Shown here: positions 26,501-38,627 of the stretch, in pieces
How the letters are laid out: the number at the start of each line of letters is the position of its first letter
How positions within the stretch are numbered: position 1 is the first letter of the stretch
Origin: Centroscyllium fabricii
Lineage: Eukaryota
DNA: 64,000 nt
Direction: 5' to 3'
Assembly: GCA_051313645.2 (NCBI GenBank)
Contig: JBNRSN020000014.1
Location: forward strand, 152,086,001 to 152,150,000
Made by a program: the position numbers and the translations under genes
Notes under the pieces: generated by a model
Seen by the model: the letters and a program-made list of their open reading frames with translations, nothing else
What the model was told of the DNA's origin: nothing
Database searches by the model: none

Positions 26501-29500
26501 GATTGACTGAGAGAGAACGGACTGAGAGAGGATTGACTGAGAGAGGATTGACTGAGAGAGGATTGACTGAGGGAGGATTGACTGAGGGAGGATTGACTGA
26601 GAGAGAACTGACTGAGGGAGGATTGACTGAGGGAGGATTGACTGAGAGAGGATTGACTGAGGGAGGATTGACTGAGAGAGAACGGACTGAGAGAGGACTG
26701 ACTGAGAGAGGACTGACTGAGAGAGGACTGACTGAGAGAGGACTGACTGAGAGAGGATTGACTGAGAGAGGATTGACTGAGAGAGGATTGACTGAGAGAG
26801 GATTGACTGAGAGAGGATTGACTGAGAGAGGATTGACTGAGAGAGGATTGACAGAGAGGATTGACTGAGAGAGGATTGACAGAGAGGATTGACAGAGAGG
26901 ACTGACTGAGAGAGGATTGAATGAGAAATAACTGACTGAGAGGATTGACAGAAGGAGAACTGACTGAGGGAGAACTGACTGAGAGAGGATTGACTGAGGG
27001 AGAACTCACTGAGAGAGAACAGACTGAGAGAGAACAGACTGAGAGAGGATTGACTGAGAGAGGATTGACTTAGAGAATTGACTGAGAGAGGATTGACTGA
27101 GAGAGGATTGACTGAGAGAGGATTGACTGAGAGAGGATTGACTGAGAGAGGATTGACTGAGAGAGGATTGACTGAGAGAGGATTGACTGAGAGAGGATTG
27201 ACTGAGAGAGGATTGACTGCGGGAGGATTGATTGAGGGAGTATTGACAGAGAGAGGATTGACTGAGAGAGAACTGACTGAGAGAGGATTGACTGAGAGAG
27301 AACTGACTGAGAGAGGATTGACTGAGGGAGGATTGACTGAGGGAGGATTGACTGAGGGAGGATTGACTGAGGGAGGATTGACTGAGGGAGGATTGACTGA
27401 GGGAGGATTGACTGAGGGAGGATTGACTGAGGGAGGATTGACTGAGAGAGGATTGACTGAGAGAGAACTGACTGAGAGAGGATTGACTGAGAGAGAACTG
27501 ACTGAGAGAGGATTGACTGAGGGAGGATTGACTGAGGGAGGATTGACTGAGGGAGGACTGACTGAGGGAGGATTGACTGAGGGAGGATTGACTGAGAGAG
27601 GATTGACTGAGAGAGAACTGACTGAGAGAGGATTGACTGAGAGAGAACTGACTGAGAGAGGATTGACTGAGGGAGGATTGACTGAGGGAGGATTGACTGA
27701 GGGAGGACTGACTGAGGGAGGATTGACTGAGAGAGGATTGACTGAGAGAGAACTGACTTAGAGAGGATTGACTGAGAGAGGACTGACTGAGGGAGGATTG
27801 ACTGAGGGAGGATTGACTGAGGGAGGATTGACTGAGGGAGGATTGACTGAGGGAGGATTGACTGAGGGAGGATTGACTGAGGGAGGATTGACTGAGGGAG
27901 GATTGACTGAGGGAGGATTGACTGAGAGAGGATTGACTGAGAGAGAACTGACTGAGAGAGGATTGACTGAGAGAGAACTGACTGAGAGAGGATTGACTGA
28001 GGGAGGATTGACTGAGGGAGGATTGACTGAGGGAGGACTGACTGAGGGAGGATTGACTGAGAGAGGATTGACTGAGAGAGAACTGACTTAGAGAGGATTG
28101 ACTGAGAGAGGACTGACTGAGGGAGGACTGACTGAGAGAGAACTGACTGAGAGAGGATTGACTGAGAGAGGATTGACTGAGAGAGAACTGACTGAGAGAG
28201 GATTGACTGAGGGAGGATTGACTGAGGGAGGATTGACTGAGGGAGGACTGACTGAGGGAGGATTGACTGAGAGAGGATTGACTGAGAGAGAACTGACTTA
28301 GAGAGGATTGACTGAGAGAGGACTGACTGAGGGAGGACTGACTGAGAGAGAACTGACTGAGAGAGGATTGACTGAGAGAGGACTGACTGAGGGAGGACTG
28401 ACTGAGGGAGGACTGACTGAGAGAGAACTGACTGAGAGAGGATTGACTGAGGGAGAACTGACAGAGAGAACTGACTGAGAGAGAACTGACTGAGAGAGAA
28501 CTGACTGAGAGAGGATTGACTGAGGGAGGATTGAATGAGAGAGGATTGACTGAGGGAGGATTGACTTAGAGAAGATTGACTGAGAGTGAACTGACTGAGA
28601 GAGTACTGACTGAGAGAGGATTGACTGAGGGAGGATTGAATGAGAGAGGATTGACTGAGGGAGGATTGACTTAGAGAAGATTGACTGAGAGTGAACTGAC
28701 TGAGGGAGGATTGACTGAGGGAGGATTGACTGAGGGAGGATTGACTGAGGGAGGATTGACTGAGGGAGGATTGACTGAGGGAGGATTGAATGAGAGAGGA
28801 TTGAATGAGGGAGGATTGACTGAGGGAGGATTGACTGAGGGAGAACTGACTGAGAGAGGATTGACTGAGAGAGGATTGAATGAGAGAGGATTGACTGAGT
28901 GAGGATTGACTGAGGGAGGATTGACTGAGGGAGGATTGACTGAGAGAGAATTGACTGAGGGAGGATTGACTGAGGGAGGATTGACTGAGAGAGAATTGAC
29001 TGAGAGAGAACTGACGGAGAGAGGATTGACTGAGGGAGGATTGACTGAGGGAGGATTGACTGAGGGAGGATTGACTCAGAGAGGATTGACTGAGGGGATT
29101 GACTGAGGGAGGATTGACTGAGGGAGAACTGACTGAGGGAGAACTGACAGAGAGGATTGACTGAGAGAGGACTGACTGAGAGAGGACTGACTGAGAGAGG
29201 ACTGACTGAGAGAGGACTGACTGAGAGAGGACTGACTGAGGGAGGATTGACTGAGAGAGGATTGACTGAGAGAGGATTGACTGAGACAGAACTGACTGTG
29301 ATGATTGACTGAGTGAGGTTTGACTGAGAGAGGAATGACTGAGAGAGGAATGACTGAGAGAGAACTGACTGAGAGAGAACTGACTGAGAGAGAACTGACT
29401 GAGAGAGGATTGACAGAGAGGATTGACTGAGGGAGGATTGAATGAGAGAGAACTGACTGAGAGAGGATTGACTGAGGGAGGATTGACTGAGAGGACTGAC

Positions 29501-32500
29501 TGAGAGAGAACTGACTGAGAGAGGATTGACTGAGAGCAGATTGACTGAGAGAGAACGGACTGAGAGAGGATTGACTGAGAGGATTGACTGAGAGAGGATT
29601 GACTGAGAGAGGACTGACTGAGGGAGGATTCACTGAGGGAGGATTGACTGAGAGAGGATTGACTGAGGGAGGATTGACTGAGAGAGGATTGACTGAGAGA
29701 GGACTGACTGAGAGAGGATTGTCTGGGAGAGGATTGACTAGGAGAGGATTGACTGAGAGAGGATTGACTGAGAGAGGATTGACTCAGAGAGGACTGACTG
29801 AGAGAGGACTGACTGAGAGAGGACTGACTGAGGGAGGACTGACTGAGGGAGGATTGACTGAGGGAGGATTGATTGAGAGAGGATTGATTGAGAGAGGATT
29901 GACTGAGAGAGGATTGACTGAGAGGATTCACTGAGAGAGGATTGACTGAGAGAGGATTGACTGAGAGAGGATTGACTGAGAGAGCATTGACTGAGAGAGG
30001 ATTGACTGAGAGAGGATTGACTGAGAGAGGATTGACTGAGAGAGGATTGACTGAGAGAGGATTGACTGAGAGAGGATTGACTGAGAGAGGATTGACTGAG
30101 AGAGGATTGACTGAGAGAGGATTGACTGAGAGAGGATTGACTGAGGGAGGATTGACTGAGGGAGGACTGACTGAGAGAGGACTGACTGAGGGAGGATTGA
30201 CTGAGAGAACTGACTGAGAGAGACTTGACTGAGGGAGGATTGATTGAGAGAGGATTGACTGAGAGAGGATTGACTGAGAGAGGACTGACTGAGAGAGAAC
30301 TGACTGAGAGAGGATTGACTGAGAGAGGATTGACTGAGAGAGGATTGACTGAGAGAGGATTGACTGAGAGAGGATTGACTGAGAGAGGATTGACTGAGAG
30401 AGGATTGACTGAGAGAGGATTGACTGATAGAGGACTGACTGAGGGAGGACTGACTGAGGGAGGACTGACTGAGCGAGGACTGACTGAGGGAGGACTGACT
30501 GAGAGGGGATTGACTGAGAAATAACTGACTGAGAGGTTTGACTGAAGGAGAACTGACTGAGGGAGAACTGACAGAGAGAAATCACTGAGAGAACAGACTG
30601 AGAGAGAACAGACTGAGAGAGAACAGACTGAGAGAGGATTGACTGAGAGGATTGACTGAGAGGATTGACTGAGAGGATTGACTGAGAGGATTGACTGCGA
30701 GAGAACTGACTGAGGGAGGATTGACTGAGGGAGGATTGACTGAGGGAGGATTGACTGAGGGAGGATTGACTGAGAGAGGATTGACTGAGAGAGGATTGAC
30801 TGAGAGAGGATTGACTGAGAGAGGATTGACTGAGAGAGGATTGACTGAGAGAGGATTGACTGAGAGAGAATTGACTGAGAGAGGATTGACTGAGAGTGGA
30901 TTGACTGAGAGAGGATTGACTGAGAGAGGATTGACTGAGAGAGGATTGACTGAGAGAGGATTGACTGAGGGAGGATTGACTGTGAGAGGATTGACTGAGG
31001 GAGGATTGAATGAGAGAGGATTGACTGAGAGATAACTGACTCAGAGAATTGACTGAGGGAAGATTGACTGAGATAGGATTGACTGAGAGAGAACTGACTG
31101 AGAGAGGATTTACTGAGGGAGGAATGACTGAGAGAGGATTGACTGAGAGAGGATTGACTGAGAGAGAACTGACTGAGAGGATTTACTGAGGGAGGATTGA
31201 CTGAGGGAGGATAGACTGGGAGAGAATTGACTGAGGGAGGACTGACTGAGAGAGGACTGACTGAGAGAGGATTGACTGAGGGAGGATTGACTGAGAGAGA
31301 ACTGACTGAGAGGGTTGACTGAGGGAGGATTGACTGAGGGACGATTGACTGAGAGAGGATTGACAGAGAGAACTGACTGAGAGAGGATTGACTGATAGAG
31401 GATTGACTGATAGAGGATTGACTGATAGAGGATTGACTGATAGAGGATTGACTGATAGAGGATTGACTGATAGAGGATTGACTGATAGAGGACTGACTGA
31501 GGGAGGACTGGCTGAGGGAGGACTGACTGAGAGAGGATTGACTAAGAGAGAACTGACGGAGAGAGGACTGACAGAGAGGACTGACTGAGAGAGGACTGAC
31601 TGAGAGAGGACTGACTGAGAGAGGACTGACTGAGAGGATTGACTGAGAGAGGATTGACTGAGTGAGGATTGACTGAGAGAGGATTGACTGAGAGAGGATT
31701 GACTGAGAGAGGATTGACTGAGAGAGGATTGACTGAGAGAGGATTGACAGAGAGGATTGACTGAGAGAGGATTGACTGAGAGGATTGACAGAGAGGATTG
31801 ACTGAGAGAGGATTGAATGAGAAATAACTGACTGAGAGGATTGACTGAAGGAGAACTGACTGAGGGAGAACTGACTGAGAGAGGATTGACTGAGGGAGAA
31901 CTCACTGAGAGAGAACAGACTGAGAGAGAACAGACTGAGAGAGGATTGACTGAGAGAGGATTGACTGAGAGAGGATTGACCTAGAGGATTGACTGAGAGG
32001 ATTGACTGAGAGAGGATTGACTGAGAGGATTGACTGAGAGAGGATTGACTGAGAGAGGATTGACTGAGAGGATTGACAGAGAGGATTGACTGAGAGAGGA
32101 TTGACTGAGAGAGGATTGACTGAGAGAGGATTGACTGCGGGAGGATTGATTGAGGGAGTATTGACTGAGGGAGGATTGACTGAGAGAGGACTGAGAGAGG
32201 ACTGACTGAGAGAGGATTGACTGAGGTTGGATTGACTGAGAGAGGATTGACTGAGGGAGGATTGAATGAGAGAGGATTGACTGAGGGAGGATTGACTGAG
32301 AGAGAACTGACTCAGAGAATTGACTGAGGGAGGATTGACAGAGAGGATTGACTGAGAGAGGATTGACTGAGAGAGGATTGACTGAGAGAGAACTGACAGA
32401 GATGATTGACTGAGTGAGGAATGACTGAGAGGATTGACTGAGAGAGGATTGACTGAGAGAGGATTTACTGAGAGAGGATTGACTGAGAGAGGTTTGACTG

Positions 32501-35500
32501 AGAGGTTTGACTGAGAGGTTTGACTGAGAGAGGTTTGACTGAGAGAGGATTGACTGAGAGAGGATTGACTGAGAGAGGATTGACTGAGGGAGGATTGACT
32601 GAGAGAGGATTGACTGAGGGAGGATTGAATGAGTGAGGATTGACTGAGGGAGGATTGACTGAGGGAGGATTGACTGAGAGAGAACTGACTGAGGGAGGAT
32701 TGACAGAGAGAGGATTGACTGAGAGAGAACTGACTGAGAGGATTGACTGAGTGAGGAATGACTGAGTGAGGATTGACTGAGAGAGAACTGACTGAGAGAG
32801 GATTGACTGAGAGAGGTTTGACTGAGAGAGGTTTGACTGAGAGAGGTTTGACTGAGAGAGGTTTGACTGAGAGAGGATTGACTGAGAGAGGATTGACTGA
32901 GAGAGAACTGACTGTGATGATTGACTGAGGGAGGTTTGACTGAGAGAGGAATGACTGAGAGAGGAATGACTGAGAGAGAACTGACTGAGAGAGAACTGAC
33001 TGAGAGAGAACTGACTGAGAGAGGATTGACAGAGAGGATTGACTGAGGGAGGATTGAATGAGAGAGAACTGACTGAGAGAGGATTGACTGAGAGCAGATT
33101 GACTGAGAGAGAACGGACTGAGAGAGGATTGACTAAGAGGATTGACTGAGAGAGGATTGACTGAGAGAGGACTGACTGAGGGAGGATTGACTGAGGGAGG
33201 ATTGACTGAGAGAGGATTGACTGAGGGAGGATTGACTGAGAGAGGATTGACTGAGAGAGGACTGACTGAGAGAGGATTGACTGGGAGAGGATTGACTGGG
33301 AGAGGATTGACTGAGAGAGGACTGACAGAGAGGACTGACTGAGAGAGGACTGACTGAGAGAGGACTGACTGAGAGAGGACTGACTGAGGGAGGACTGACT
33401 GAGGGAGGATTGACTGAGGGAGGACTGACTGAGAGAGGACTGACTGAGAGAGGACTGACTGAGAGGATTGACTGAGAGAGAATTGACTGAGTGAGGATTG
33501 ACTGAGAGAGGATTGACTGAGAGAGGATTGACTGAGAGAGGATTGACTGAGAGAGGATTGACTGAGAGAGGATTGACAGAGAGGATTGACTGAGAGAGGA
33601 TTGACAGAGAGGATTGACTGAGAGAGGATTGAATGAGAAATAACTGACTGAGAGGATTGACTGAAGGAGAACTGACTGAGGGAGAACTGACTGAGAGAGG
33701 ATTGGCTGAGGGAGAACTCACTGAGAGAGAACAGACTGAGAGAGAACAGACTGAGAGAGGATTGACTGAGAGAGGATTGACTGAGAGAGGATTGACTGAG
33801 AGGATTGACTGAGAGAGGATTGACTGAGAGAGGATTGACTGAGAGAGGATTGACTGAGAGAGGATTGACTGAGAGGATTGACAGAGAGGATTGACTGAGA
33901 GATGATTGACTGAGAGAGGATTGACTGAGAGAGGATTGACTGCGGGAGGATTGATTGAGGGAGTATTGACTGAGGGAGGATTGACTGAGAGAGGACTGAG
34001 AGAGGACTGACTGAGGGATGATTTACTGAGGGGCGATTGACTGAGAGAAGATTGACTGAGGGAGGATTAAATGGGAGAGGATTGACTGAGGGAGGATTGA
34101 CTGAGAGAGAACTGACTCAGAGAATTGACTGAGGGAGGATTGACAGAGAGGATTGACTGAGAGAGGATTGACTGAGAGAGAACTGACAGAGAGGATTGAC
34201 TGAGTGAGGAATGACTGAGAGGATTGACTGAGAGAGGATTGACTGAGAGAGGATTTACTGAGAGAGGATTGACTGAGAGAGGGTTGACTGAGAGGTTTGA
34301 CTGAGAGAGGTTTGACTGAGAGAGGATTGACTGAGAGAGGATTGACTGAGAGAGGATTGACTGAGAGAGGATTGACTGAGAGAGGATTGACTGAGAGAGG
34401 ATTGACTGAGAGAGGATTGACTGAGAGAGGATTGACTGAGAGAGGATTGACTGAGAGAGGATTGACTGAGAGAGGATTGACTGAGAGAGGATTGACTGAG
34501 AGAGGATTGACTGAGGGAGGATTGACTGAGGGAGGACTGACTGAGAGAGGACTGACTGAGGGAGGATTGACTGAGAGAACTGACTGAGAGAGACTTGACT
34601 GAGAGAGGATTGATTGAGAGAGGATTGACTGAGAGAGAACTGACTGAGAGAGGATTGACTGAGAGCAGATTGACTGAGAGAGAACGGACTGAGAGAGGAT
34701 TGACTAAGAGGATTGACTGAGAGAGGATTGACTGAGAGAGGACTGACTGAGGGAGGATTGACTGAGGGAGGATTGACTGAGAGAGGATTGACTGAGGGAG
34801 GATTGACTGAGAGAGGATTGACTGAGAGAGGACTGACTGAGAGAGGATTGACTGGGAGAGGATTGACTGGGAGAGGATTGACTGAGAGAGGACTGACAGA
34901 GAGGACTGACTGAGAGAGGACTGACTGAGAGAGGACTGACTGAGAGAGGACTGACTGAGAGAGGACTGACTGAGAGGATTAACTGAGAGAGAATTGACTG
35001 AGTGAGGATTGACTGAGAGAGGATTGACTGAGAGAGGATTGACTGAGAGAGGATTGACTGAGAGAGGATTGACTGAGAGAGGATTGACAGAGAGGATTGA
35101 CTGAGACAGGATTGACAGAGAGGATTGACTGAGAGAGGATTGAATGAGAAATAACTGACTGAGAGGATTGACTGAAGGAGAACTGACTGAGGGAGAACTG
35201 ACTGAGAGGGGATTGACTGAGGGAGAACTCACTGAGAGAGAACAGACTGAGAGAGAACAGACTGAGAGAGGATTGACTGAGAGAAGATTGACTGAGAGAG
35301 GATTGACTGAGAGGATTGACTGAGAGAGGATTGACTGAGAGAGGATTGACTGAGAGAGGATTGACTGAGAGAGGATTGACTGAGAGGATTGACAGAGAGG
35401 ATTGACTGAGAGATGATTGACTGAGAGAGGATTGACTGAGAGAGGATTGACTGCGGGAGGATTGATTGAGGGAGTATTGACTGAGGGAGAATTGACTGAG

Positions 35501-37642
35501 AGAGGACTGAGAGAGGACTGACTGAGGGATGATTTACTGAGGGACGATTGACTGAGAGAAGATTGACTGAGGGAGGATTAAATGAGAGAGGATTGACTGA
35601 GGGAGGATTGACTGAGAGAGAACTGACTCAGAGAATTGACTGAGGGAGGATTGACTGAGAGGATTGACTGAGAGAGGATTGACTGAGAGAGAACTGACAG
35701 AGAGGATTGACTGAGTGAGGAATGACTGAGAGGATTGTCTGAGAGAGGATTGACAGAGAGATGATTTACTGAGAGAGGATTGACTGAGAGAGGTTTGACT
35801 GAGAGGTTTGACTGAGAGCGGTTTGACTGAGAGAGGATTGACTGAGAGAGGATTGACTGAGAGAGGATTGACTGAGGGAGGATTGACTGAGAGAGGATTG
35901 ACTGAGGGAGGATTGAATGAGAGAGGATTGACTGAGGGAGGATTGACTGAGGGAGGATTGACTGAGAGAGAACTGACTGAGGGAGGATTGACAGAGAGAG
36001 GATTGACTGAGAGAGAACTGACTGAGAGGATTGACTGAGTGAGGAATGACTGAGTGAGGATTGACTGAGAGAGAACTGACTGAGAGAGGATTGACTGAGA
36101 GAGGTTTGACTGAGAGAGGTTTGACTGAGAGAGGTTTGACTGAGAGAGGTTTGACTGAGAGAGGATTGACTGATAGAGGATTGACTGAGAGAGAACTGAC
36201 TGAGGGAGGACTGACTGAGAGAGGATTGACTGAGAGAGAACTGACGGAGAGGAGATTGACTGAAGGAGGACTGACTGAGAAGAACTGACTGAGAGAGGAC
36301 TGACTGAGAGAGGACTGACTGAGGGAGGATTGACTGAGGGAGGATTGACTGAGAGAGAACTGACTGAGAGAGGATTGACTGAGGGAGGATTGATTGAGAG
36401 AGGATTGACTGAGAGAGGATTGACTGAGAGAGGATTGACTGAGAGAGGATTGACTGAGAGAGGATTGACTGAGAGAGGATTGACTGAGGGAGGATTGACT
36501 GAGGGAGGATTGACTGAGGGAGGATTGACTGAGGGAGGATTGACTGAGAGAAGATTGACTGAGAGAGGATTGACTGAGGGAGGATTGACTGAGAGAGAAC
36601 TGACTGACAGAGGATTGACTGAGAGAGGATTGACTGAGGGAGGATTGACTGAGAGAGGATTGACTGAGGGAGGATTGACTGAGAGAGAACTGACTGACAG
36701 AGTATTGACTGAGAGAACTGACTGAGAGAGGATTGATTGAGGGAGGATTGACTGAGGGAGAACTGACTGAGGGAGAACTGACTGAGGGAGAACTGACTGA
36801 GAGAGGACTGACTGAGAGAGGATTGACTGAGAGAAGATTGACTGAGAGAGAACTGACTGAGGGAGGACTGACTGAGAGAGGATTGACTGAGAGAGAACTG
36901 ACTGAGAGAGTATTGACTGAGAGAACTGACTGAGAGAGGATTGATTGAGGGAGGATTGACTGAGAGACGATTGACTGAGGGAGGATTGACTGAGAGAGGA
37001 TTGACTGAGAGAGAACTGACTGAGAGAGGACTGACTGAGAGAGAACTGACTGAGAGAGGATTGACTGAGAGAGGATTGACTGAGGGAGGAATGACTGAGA
37101 GAGGATTGACAGAGTGAACTGACTGAGAGAGGATTGACAGAGAGGATTGACAGAGAGGATTGACAGAGAGGATTGACTGAGAGAGGATTGACTGAGAGAG
37201 GATTGACTGAGAGAGGATTGACTGAGAGAGGATTGACTGAGGGAGGATTGACTGAGGGAGGATTGACTGAGAGAACTGACTGACAGAGTATTTACTGATG
37301 GAGGATTGACTGAGAGAGGATTGACTGAGAGAGGATTGACTGAGGGAGGGTTGACTGAGAGAGGATTGACTGAGAGAGAACTGACTGAGAGAGGATTGAC
37401 TGAGGGAGAACTGACTGAGAGAACTCACTGAGACAGGATTGACTGAGAGAGGATTGACTGAGGGAGGTTTGACTGAGAGAGAACTGACTGAGGGAGGATT
37501 GACTGAGGGAGGATTGACTGAGAGAGGATTGACTGAGAGAGGACTGACTGAGAGAGGACTGACTGAGAGAGGACTGACTGAGAGAGGACTGACTGAGAGA
37601 GGACTGACTGAGAGAGGATTGACTGAGAGAGGATTGACTGAG
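17573..37642 (+). repeat. 15-bp satellite array, domain B (rich in 13-bp deletion monomers)
   Basis: Same consensus. Marker GAGAAATAACTGACT at 18714, 19293, 20643, 26923, 30516, 31819, 33635 and 35146. Frequent GAACAGACT, GGTTTGACT and GAGTGAGGAATG variants. Confidence 0.98.
21190..24660 (+). repeat. 1821-bp tandem block duplication, with a third degenerate copy to ~26100
   Basis: ORF-track pairs 21279/23100, 22017/23838 and 22553/24374 have identical translations. Related segments at 24889, 25366 and 25902. Confidence 0.88.
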
Positions 37643-37867
37643 TGTCACAGGGGGCCTGTTCCTTTAAGAATGAAGAACAGTTTTTGCTGTGCTTCACAGC
37701 TGTTTTGAGGACTGGGTTTCCTTGTTATGTCATTAATTATTCTATTATCTGTCTATTGCTAGTTGTGTCCTGCTCTCATTGCCTCCAAGTTATTGGCTAT
37801 CACCAAAGGGTTTGCTTGCTGGTTTTAGTTCTTAAACTGGAGGTAGGCTTGAGAGCAGGGCGGGATC

Positions 37868-37902
37868 ATTGTATTGTATTGTATTGCATTGTATTGTAAT
37901 GT
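37868..37902 (+). repeat. (ATTGT)~7 microsatellite inside LTR2
   Basis: ATTGT ATTGT ATTGT ATTGC ATTGT ATTGT AATGT. LTR1 has only ATTGAATG at the homologous site. Confidence 0.9.
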
Positions 37903-38271
37903 GTTACTGAACTGGACTTCTACCACACATTCTTCAGGCCACTGGACGAAGTGGTTACTGCTGCTGAGCTGAGTGGCCGTCAGAGGCAAGGAGGTTTGGA
38001 GATCGACTGACTCAGCCTTTACTTTGCACTCTGCTATTTCAGGTGCTCAGGCTGAGTTGCCCGACAGGGGCATTGGGGTGGAACTCATATCACTCTGCCT
38101 TGACAGTGCGCCCTGCTATCGGGAACCCAGCAATGGACAACTCATATGTGGAGTAAGGGCGTTCCCCTGCTTGTGGATCTGAATCCACTACTTGGACATT
38201 CGTTTCTTCATCCGAATCCAGGTTTGGACATTTGATACCTGTATGCAGAAGCTGTTCCCAAATCCTCTACG

Positions 38272-38371
38272 AAGTATTTGGATTGTGATGTCCTACTCGC
38301 AGAGGAGGACTTGTTCGTTTCTCTTTAAGTATTTGGATTGGGATGTCCTGCTTCTAGAGGAGAGCTCGTTT
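38272..38371 (+). repeat. 55-bp-period direct repeat within LTR2
   Basis: AAGTATTTGGATTG(T/G)GATGTCCT at 38272 and 38327. Confidence 0.85.
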
Positions 38372-38543
38372 AAGTTGGACAGTTATGCCTGGACTTGTGT
38401 TCCTCGGGAGAATGACGCGCTTGGTTGCGTGGCACCCCTCTATCCATTACTCACTATTTTGGGAAGCTTGTGCCAGTCTTTAGATAAGACTTGTGTTTCA
38501 ATATGTTTCTTATATATTTGTATGCTATTTTATGGGGTTGTGT

Positions 38544-38549
38544 AATAAA
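38544..38549 (+). terminator. Putative LTR polyadenylation signal AATAAA
   Basis: Canonical hexamer 78 bp upstream of the LTR 3' end; position conserved with LTR1. Confidence 0.65.
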
Positions 38550-38627
38550 GGAGTTTAGTCATATTAGACGTTTCAGTGTATCTGCATTTGGGCCCCGCCC
38601 TCATTCCATTTACACCTACCCGTTACA

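Larger units (their letters stand above)
37643..38627 (+). mobile_element. Solo LTR (985 bp), same family as 16505-17572, copy 2
   Basis: Starts TGTCAC and ends GTTACA (reverse complement TGTAAC, 5/6 terminal inverted repeat). 5-bp TSD CTGAG (37638-37642 and 38628-38632). AATAAA at 38544. Shares blocks such as GTTCCCCTGCTTGTGGATCTGAATC and TCTGCATTTGGGCCCC with LTR1. Confidence 0.9.

Noticed and set aside
38005-38015. Satellite-like GACTGACTCAG inside LTR2 as the source of the satellite
   Set aside because: Only ~11 bp, not conserved in LTR1, and compatible with chance.
16505-38627. One 22-kb LTR element with two LTRs carrying satellite as cargo
   Set aside because: Each LTR has its own TSD and the outer flanks differ (GAGAG vs CTGAG). 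The LTRs are too diverged, and there is no PBS, PPT or gag/pol between them.
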